Positions 58,289 to 64,000 of a stretch of 64,000 nt of DNA are shown in pieces; the first letter of the stretch is position 1, and each line of letters starts with the position of its first letter. This stretch comes from an uncultured Gammaproteobacteria bacterium. GTDB lineage: Bacteria; Patescibacteriota; Microgenomatia; CAYGWK01. The DNA is taken from assembly GCA_964353785.1 (NCBI GenBank), contig CAYGWK010000002.1, positions 40,293 to 104,292 of the forward strand, given 5' to 3'. The notes under the pieces were generated by a model. It made no database searches and was not told the origin of the DNA. It worked only from the letters and a program-made list of their open reading frames with translations. Position numbers and translations under genes: made by a program.

Positions 58289-59488
58289 TTAAGCTACAAT
58301 CTTTGAGATTACTCCAGCTCCAACCGTGTGTCCGCCTTCTCGGATGGCAAACCGTAGACCTTCTTCCATGGCTACTGGCTGAATAAGTTTAATTTTCATC
58401 TTGGCATTGTCTCCAGGCATAACCATTTCAACTCCTGAGGGCAGAGTGGTCTCTCCAGTCACATCGGTGGTTCTGATATAAAACTGGGGTCGGTACCCTG
58501 TGAAAAAAGGTGTATGTCTTCCCCCTTCCTCTTTGGTTAAAATGTAAACTTCGGCTTCAAATTCGGTATGGGGAGTGATTGTCCCCGGTTTTGCCAAAAC
58601 CTGACCCCGTTCAACATCCTCTTTTTCAATTCCCCGGAGAAGTATCCCAATATTGTCTCCAGCCTGACCCTCATCCAAAGATTTTCTAAACATCTCTATT
58701 CCGGTAACAACTGTTTTCTTTGTCGGTTTTATTCCCACAATCTCAATTTCATCATTTAACTTTACTTTTCCTCTCTCAACCCTTCCGGTCACGACCGTCC
58801 CCCGGCCTTTAATTGAAAAAACATCCTCAATCGGCATCAAAAATGGTTTATCCAAATCACGAGTTGGCGTTGGAATATTTTCATCAACTGCCTTCATCAA
58901 TTCCAAAATGGCTTTTTCTGCTTCGGGGTCTTTCTCGAGGGCTTTTAAGGCTGAACCTCGAATAATGGGAACTTTGTCGCCTGGAAATTGATATTTAGTC
59001 AAAAGTTCGCGAATTTCCATCTCAACTAAATCCAAAAGTTCTGGATCATCAACCATATCAACCTTATTTAAGAAAACCACAATCGCCGGAACGTTCACCT
59101 GGCGAGCCAAGAGAATGTGTTCTCGGGTTTGGGGCATTGGTCCGTCAGGAGCAGAAACCACCAAAATGGCTCCATCCATCTGGGCCGCTCCGGTAATCAT
59201 GTTTTTGACAAAATCTGCGTGCCCTGGACAGTCGATGTGGGCATAATGGCGCTTATCTGTTTCATATTCGGAGTGGTGGATATTGATAGTTACCCCTCGC
59301 TCTTTTTCTTCTGGAGCATTATCAATATCGTAGAAATCCAGGGCTTTGGTTTTGTTTCCGGACTGCTTTGCCAGAACATGGGTGATAGCCGCAGTTAGGG
59401 TTGTTTTTCCGTGGTCGACGTGACCAATTGTCCCGATGTTTAGATGGGGCTTGGTTCTTTCAAATTTTTGTTTTTTTTCTTCTGGCAT
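58289..59488 (-). CDS. tuf: elongation factor Tu
   Basis: [20 protein letters not shown]-motifs. Confidence 0.97.
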   Translation of the reverse strand: MPEEKKQKFERTKPHLNIGTIGHVDHGKTTLTAAITHVLAKQSGNKTKALDFYDIDNAPEEKERGVTINIHHSEYETDKRHYAHIDCPGHADFVKNMITGAAQMDGAILVVSAPDGPMPQTREHILLARQVNVPAIVVFLNKVDMVDDPELLDLVEMEIRELLTKYQFPGDKVPIIRGSALKALEKDPEAEKAILELMKAVDENIPTPTRDLDKPFLMPIEDVFSIKGRGTVVTGRVERGKVKLNDEIEIVGIKPTKKTVVTGIEMFRKSLDEGQAGDNIGILLRGIEKEDVERGQVLAKPGTITPHTEFEAEVYILTKEEGGRHTPFFTGYRPQFYIRTTDVTGETTLPSGVEMVMPGDNAKMKIKLIQPVAMEEGLRFAIREGGHTVGAGVISKIVA

Positions 59489-59532
59489 ATTTTTGACTTA
59501 AAAAAGAGGTCTAAACCTCAATTCTTTTTTGT

Positions 59533-59561
59533 ATTTTACAGATTTATTTTACTCCTGTCAA
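59533..59561 (-). promoter_or_regulatory. sigma70 promoter for tuf (-35 TTGACA 59561-59556, 17-nt spacer, -10 TAAAAT 59538-59533) overlapping fusA stop
   Basis: Minus strand cTTGACAggagtaaaataaatctgTAAAATac; flanked by 9-bp inverted repeat AAGAGGTCT/AGACCTCTT. Confidence 0.5.
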
Positions 59562-61666
59562 GACCTCTTGGCAAGTAGCTGTTCTTGAATATTTTTGGGG
59601 ACTTCTTCGTAATGAGATGGTTCCATGTAATAGGAGGCTCGGCCTTGAGTTAAGGAACGCAAAGTGGTGGCATAACCAGGAATTTCCGCTAAAGGAACCA
59701 AGGCGGTAATCACTCTGGCCGTCCCTCTTGTCTCTGAACCCAAAATTTGGGCCCGACGAGAAGATAGGTCCCCGATAACTGTTCCCATAAATTCATCAGG
59801 AGTGGTCACCTCAAGCTTCATAATGGGCTCAAGTAAAGTCAAATCAGCTTGCTTTACCGCCGACTGTAAAGCCATGCTACCGGCGATTTTAAAGGCAATC
59901 TCTGATGAGTCGACTTCATGAAATGTTCCATCATACACAATCACCTTCATATCAACTAGCGGGTGACCAGACAGAACTCCATTTTCCATTGCCTCTCGGG
60001 CTCCTTTTTCAATTGCCGGAATAAATTCTGAAGGGATGGCTCCACCTTTAATTTCTGATTTAAATTCATAGCCCTCGCCTCTTCCTTTTGGCTCAACTCG
60101 CAAAAAACAGTGTCCATATTGTCCCCGACCTCCGGTTTGCCGGATATACTTTCCTTCAGCTTGAGCTACTTTTTTAATTGTTTCCTTATAAGCAACCTGG
60201 GGAGCGCCGGTTTCTGCTCCGACACCAAATTCCCGCTTCATCCGGTCAACCAAAATCTCCAAATGAAGTTCTCCCATCCCAGAAATTATAGTTTGGCCAG
60301 TTTCAAGGTCAGATTTAATCTTAAATGTTGGGTCTTCTTCGGAAAGCCTACCTAAAGCATAACCTAACTTTTCCTGGTCGGCTCGGGTTTTTGGTTCAAT
60401 CGCCAAAGAGATAACTGGCTCAGGAAATTTGATTGATTCCAAAAGAATAGGATGAGCGGGACCAGCTAAAGTGTCGCCAGTGGTGGTTTTAACCAAGCCT
60501 ATGGCGGCCACAATTTCTCCGGCAAAAACTTCGGAGATCTCCTCACGTTTATTGGCATGCATTAAAAGCAGCCGGCCAACCCTCTCCGGTTCATTTCGGG
60601 TCACGTTTAGGACATTTGAGCCTGATTTTAAGGTCCCTGAATAAATCCGAAGATAAGTCAGTTTTCCAACATGGGGGTCGGTTTGGATTTTAAAAGCCAA
60701 AGCTGAGAAAGGCGCCTCATTTTTAGGCTCGCGGGTCTCTTCCTCATTGGTCTTCGGATTTATTCCCCGGACTGGCGGAACATCCAAGGGAGAAGGAAGA
60801 AAATCAACCACTCCATCCAAAACTGGCTGAACCCCCTTATTACGAAGGGCTGAACCACAAAAAATAGGCACAAGTCTTCCGGAAATAGTTGCTTTCCGCA
60901 AGGCCATCTTTAAATCCGAAAGTGGCGGCTCTTCACCTTTAAGAAATTTCTCAATTAAAACCTCATCTTCAGAGCAGATTTCCTCAACAAGCTTTGCCCG
61001 AGCCTCGTTTACTTCTTTTTCCATCTCTTGGGAAATTTCTATCTCCTCAAACTTGGCTCCAGTTTCATCACTTTGCCAAACTAAGGCTTTCCTTTCTAAA
61101 AGTAGAACTACTCCTAGAAAATCTTGTTCTTTGCCGATAGGTAAGGTTAAAACTGCTGGTTTTGCTCCAAGGCGATCTTTAATCATCTCAATCGTTCGAG
61201 AAAAATTTGCTCCAAGTTTGTCCATCTTGTTAACAAAAACAATCCTGGGAACATTATATCTTGAGGCTTGATGCCAAACAGTCTCTGATTGAGACTGAAC
61301 CCCCTCTTCGGCATCAAAGACAACCACCCCGCCATCTAAAACCCGAAGTGAGCGTTCAACTTCAGCCGTAAAATCAACGTGACCGGGGGTGTCAATAATA
61401 TTTATTCGGGTATCTTTCCAAAAAGCGGTTACTGCTGCGGAAACAATGGTAATCCCTCGCTCCCTTTCTTGAGCCATCCAATCAGTTACCGTTGTTCCCT
61501 CATCAACGGTCCCAAGTTTATAGGTTCTTCCGGTATAAAAAAGAATCCGCTCGGTAGTGGTGGTTTTCCCAGCATCAATATGGGCAATGATGCCAATATT
61601 ACGGACTTTCTCAAGCGGAACAACTCTTTCTTTGGTAATTTCAATTTTTGGTTGTTGTTGAGCCAT
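59558..61666 (-). CDS. fusA: elongation factor G
   Basis: [21 protein letters not shown] plus domains III-V. Confidence 0.97.
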   Translation of the reverse strand: MAQQQPKIEITKERVVPLEKVRNIGIIAHIDAGKTTTTERILFYTGRTYKLGTVDEGTTVTDWMAQERERGITIVSAAVTAFWKDTRINIIDTPGHVDFTAEVERSLRVLDGGVVVFDAEEGVQSQSETVWHQASRYNVPRIVFVNKMDKLGANFSRTIEMIKDRLGAKPAVLTLPIGKEQDFLGVVLLLERKALVWQSDETGAKFEEIEISQEMEKEVNEARAKLVEEICSEDEVLIEKFLKGEEPPLSDLKMALRKATISGRLVPIFCGSALRNKGVQPVLDGVVDFLPSPLDVPPVRGINPKTNEEETREPKNEAPFSALAFKIQTDPHVGKLTYLRIYSGTLKSGSNVLNVTRNEPERVGRLLLMHANKREEISEVFAGEIVAAIGLVKTTTGDTLAGPAHPILLESIKFPEPVISLAIEPKTRADQEKLGYALGRLSEEDPTFKIKSDLETGQTIISGMGELHLEILVDRMKREFGVGAETGAPQVAYKETIKKVAQAEGKYIRQTGGRGQYGHCFLRVEPKGRGEGYEFKSEIKGGAIPSEFIPAIEKGAREAMENGVLSGHPLVDMKVIVYDGTFHEVDSSEIAFKIAGSMALQSAVKQADLTLLEPIMKLEVTTPDEFMGTVIGDLSSRRAQILGSETRGTARVITALVPLAEIPGYATTLRSLTQGRASYYMEPSHYEEVPKNIQEQLLAKRS

Positions 61667-61694
61667 AAAGTTATTTTACCATTTTTAAGCGTAC

Positions 61695-61720
61695 AAAAAA
61701 CTGCTCCATTTCGAAGCAGT
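61695..61720 (-). terminator. intrinsic terminator after SIMPL-domain gene (ACUGCU-loop-AGCAGU + U6)
   Basis: Minus strand ACTGCTtcgaaatggAGCAGTTTTTTG. Confidence 0.45.
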
Positions 61721-61770
61721 TTCGCTTCAGAGAATAGTTTAACAGAATTTTGCTCTCTTTTCAAGAAGAC

Positions 61771-62514
61771 TTATTTTAACTCGAAGACAACGGTAACAAC
61801 TTTACTAACTGTTTCCGTTCCAGGTTCGACAGGCGAACCTCCACCTCCACCTTCTAAGGCCATTCGAAGGACAGTTGGCTGCTGATAACCCTCGGAAACA
61901 GATAGTATCTTTCCTAATTTTCCTCCACTTGAGGTAGCAATCGTTTCAGCTTTTTTCCGGGCATCTTCAATTGCTTCCTTAAGAAGTTCTTCTTCTTTTT
62001 GTTGACCCTCCTCCAGAGAAAAATTAGGTCCAGAAACATTGGTCGCCCCACTTTTCACCAGTAAATCAGCTAAAGCCGAAGCTCGATCAACCTCTCGCAG
62101 GGTGATAGTTATCGAATTATTTACCCGCCATTGCCCTGGCCGGCTTTTCTGTCTTCCTTCCTCATAATAAGTCTCCTCCTGTTGATAAACGCTTAGGTTT
62201 TGAGTTTTTATATCTTCGCTTTTGATACCAAATTCCTTAACCGTTTTAATAATTGCCTCTATTTTTTTGTTAACTTCCTCAATAGCCACATCTTTATTGT
62301 CATTAACAGCACTTACCCCAGCGCTAAAAGTAGCAATCTGGCTTTTTTGTTGCGTTTGGGCTTCTCCAAGAACAGTTATCGTCTTCCCAGGAATAATGGA
62401 AATTTTTCCCCAATTAATTTGGTCCCAGGGAATGAAATAAACACTGGCGAGAAGAATTCCACTTAAAATTAATACCCCGAAGAAAAGCTTAAAACCACCA
62501 AATTTATTATTCAT
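61771..62514 (-). CDS. SIMPL-domain (DUF541) membrane-anchored protein
   Basis: N-terminal TM, SIMPL-like core …QNLSVYQ…ITITLREVD…; inserted between rpsG and fusA. Confidence 0.6.
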   Translation of the reverse strand: MNNKFGGFKLFFGVLILSGILLASVYFIPWDQINWGKISIIPGKTITVLGEAQTQQKSQIATFSAGVSAVNDNKDVAIEEVNKKIEAIIKTVKEFGIKSEDIKTQNLSVYQQEETYYEEGRQKSRPGQWRVNNSITITLREVDRASALADLLVKSGATNVSGPNFSLEEGQQKEEELLKEAIEDARKKAETIATSSGGKLGKILSVSEGYQQPTVLRMALEGGGGGSPVEPGTETVSKVVTVVFELK

Positions 62515-62576
62515 GAGTAAAAATTAACTAATGTTATCTTAGCGAGCACCAGGGGAAGTTGTCAACCACCAGGAGT

Positions 62577-63059
62577 TTACCATCTAAAGTGGGCGAAGGC
62601 TTTATTCGCTTCGGCCATGCGGTGAACATTTTCTTTTTTCTTCACCGCTCCGCCAGTGCCGGCGGCGGCATCTTCAATCTCCGCTGCCAGTTTTTCGGCA
62701 AAAGTATGAAATTCTTTATTGGAACGAGCTAGGGCAGACTGAATTAACCAGCGAATAGCCAGGGCTTCCTGTCTTTCTCCTCGAACCGGCGCTGGCACCT
62801 GATAAGCCGCTCCCCCGATCCGTCTTGGGCGGACCTCCATTTGCGGCTTAATATTCTCTATTGCCAAATTAAAAACCGAAATAGGTTCCTTTTTAGTTTT
62901 CTCCTTAAGTAAATCAAAAGCCTGAAAAATTTCCCTTTGGGCAACTGTCTTTTTACCTGACCTCATTGTCCGGTTTATCAACTTCGTCACCAAGACTGAC
63001 CCAAAAAGTGGGTCTGGGGAAATTTTTCTTTTTTTAATCCTCTTTTTGCCCCTCGGCAT
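62577..63059 (-). CDS. rpsG: 30S ribosomal protein S7 (start MPRGKK; ORF track extends to 63131)
   Basis: S7 family. Confidence 0.9.
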   Translation of the reverse strand: MPRGKKRIKKRKISPDPLFGSVLVTKLINRTMRSGKKTVAQREIFQAFDLLKEKTKKEPISVFNLAIENIKPQMEVRPRRIGGAAYQVPAPVRGERQEALAIRWLIQSALARSNKEFHTFAEKLAAEIEDAAAGTGGAVKKKENVHRMAEANKAFAHFRW

Positions 63060-63552
63060 TTTCTCCTCCTTCTGCTTTTGGCTCTTCTGTTTTTGGTTCT
63101 TCAGCAGCCTGAACTCCGACAGTTGCCCCAACCGGAGTTACCGCTCCGGAAATTTTAGTTCCGTAGCGAGAACGACCTTTCTTTCGGCCAACTACTCCAG
63201 TGGTATCGTATTTACCTCGAACAACGTGGTATTTAACTCCAGGCAAATCTTTAACCCTTCCTCCTCTGACTAAAACGATTGAATGCTCGGCTAACTCATG
63301 GCCAATTCCTGGGATATAGGCAGTAATTTCTTGTTTGTTGGAAAGTCTAACCCGAGCCACTTTGCGCAGGGCCGAGTTTGGTTTTTTAGGAGTCATGGTT
63401 TTGACCAACAAAACCACACCCTTTTTAAAGGGACTTTTTACCTCCTTCATCCGTCTTTGTCTAGCATTAAAATATTTTCGCAGGGCGACAACCCGAAGTT
63501 TCTTTTTAATTTTTTTCCTGCCTTTTCGAACCAGTTGATGAATAGTTGGCAT
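63034..63552 (-). CDS. rpsL: 30S ribosomal protein S12 with ~40-aa acidic C-terminal extension overlapping rpsG start by 26 nt (start MPTIHQLV)
   Basis: S12 core [11 protein letters not shown]…[10 protein letters not shown]…; extension …[22 protein letters not shown]. Confidence 0.85.
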   Translation of the reverse strand: MPTIHQLVRKGRKKIKKKLRVVALRKYFNARQRRMKEVKSPFKKGVVLLVKTMTPKKPNSALRKVARVRLSNKQEITAYIPGIGHELAEHSIVLVRGGRVKDLPGVKYHVVRGKYDTTGVVGRKKGRSRYGTKISGAVTPVGATVGVQAAEEPKTEEPKAEGGENAEGQKED

Positions 63553-63560
63553 AATTACGA

Positions 63561-63653
63561 AAATTTCCAAATCCTAATTTCTAAGTTCTAAATAAATCCA
63601 AATGACCAAAATTCAAAATTGTTTAGGATTTAGATATTAGTGCTTAGAATTTT
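63561..63653. mobile_element. second copy (~93 nt) of AT-rich palindromic mini-element in rpsL-rpoC spacer
   Basis: Core aaattgtttaggatttagatattagtgcttagaattt vs miaA copy; left arm aaatcctaatttctaagttctaaa is near reverse complement of right arm. Confidence 0.45.
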
Positions 63654-63667
63654 ACCACAATTTAGGT

Positions 63668-64000
63668 TCACTTTTCAATCTTTGCTCTCTCTGGAAGAAC
63701 AGGGATAAGTCTTCCAATAATCACATTTTCTTTAAGTCCCAAAAGTTTATCTTCTCTCCCCTGAACCGCCACATCTGCTAAAACATTAGTTGTCTCCTGA
63801 AAAGAGGCGGCCGAAAGCCAAGACTCGGTATTTATAGCTGTTCTAATTAGCCCCAGAATAACGGTTTGGCCAGTCGCTGGTTGTCCACCACCTTTTTTAA
63901 TTTGAGAATTTTCTTCTTCAAAACGAACTTTATCCACCAGATCCCCAGGCAAAAGAGTCGTCTCTCCCGAAGAAGCAATTCTTACCTTCTCGCTCATTTT
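63668..64000 (-). CDS. rpoC: DNA-directed RNA polymerase beta' subunit, C-terminal end (gene continues beyond window)
   Basis: …LKENVIIGRLIP… conserved beta' C-terminus; no start within window. Confidence 0.8.
   Translation of the reverse strand, partial: KMSEKVRIASSGETTLLPGDLVDKVRFEEENSQIKKGGGQPATGQTVILGLIRTAINTESWLSAASFQETTNVLADVAVQGREDKLLGLKENVIIGRLIPVLPERAKIEK

Noticed and set aside
61379-61885. 168-aa plus-strand ORF bridging fusA and the SIMPL gene
   Set aside because: Overlaps the EF-G N-terminus antisense and an intergenic terminator; no homology.

Overview
This 64-kb window looks like a single chromosomal segment from a small, roughly 40% GC bacterium, and on inference it is a CPR/Patescibacteria-type genome. 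The inference rests on the long S10-spc-alpha ribosomal protein cluster with no L30 gene, Pro/Thr-repeat linkers in several envelope proteins, short housekeeping enzymes, and ribosomal proteins with extensions (L24 zinc ribbon, L29 C-terminal extension, S12 acidic tail). I read no defined defence system with confidence; the best candidate for an undescribed system is the cassette-like island at tRNA-Gln.

Gene content is mostly housekeeping and coded on the minus strand:
- greA, lon, an L,D-transpeptidase, gltX, dacA-like, aspS, a short rel/spoT, recJ, cca
- secDF, zupT, yifB/comM, rsmH, uppP, an AI-2E transporter, miaA-miaB, an ABC-2 exporter, hup, rny, recX-recA
- rpsI through rpsJ, then tuf, fusA, rpsG, rpsL and the rpoC 3' end

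RNA genes I can support:
- tRNA-Glu(CUC)
- tRNA-Gln(CUG)
- tRNA-Pro(GGG)
- a compact RNase P RNA with an extended -10 promoter and an intrinsic terminator

The most interesting non-housekeeping content:
1. **Cassette-like island at tRNA-Gln (about 6338..9430).** Five hypothetical ORFs are separated by degenerate copies of the tRNA-Gln 3' end, carrying a GGTCCTAGACC...TGCTCAGCA core. Two of the proteins carry HEPN-like R-x4-6-H motifs. One is a Ros/MucR-type C2H2 zinc finger fused to a HEPN-like domain. This is a candidate toxin or defence cassette array.
2. **A palindromic AT-rich mini-element (93 nt at each site).** One copy is inserted in frame inside miaA with 10-bp terminal inverted repeats. 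The other sits between rpsL and rpoC. It resembles RPE/MITE-like elements.
3. **A conserved structured motif of about 70 nt** occurs immediately 3' of two unrelated genes, upstream of lon and upstream of a zinc-ribbon gene. The two copies differ by a compensatory base-pair change and contain a half CIRCE-like GAGTGCTAA box.
4. **The lon promoter** carries a TTAGCAC-N5-GTGCTAA palindrome.
5. **A SIMPL-domain gene** is inserted into the str operon between rpsG and fusA.

One small DUF5679-like zinc-ribbon ORF that the six-frame track missed is also called.
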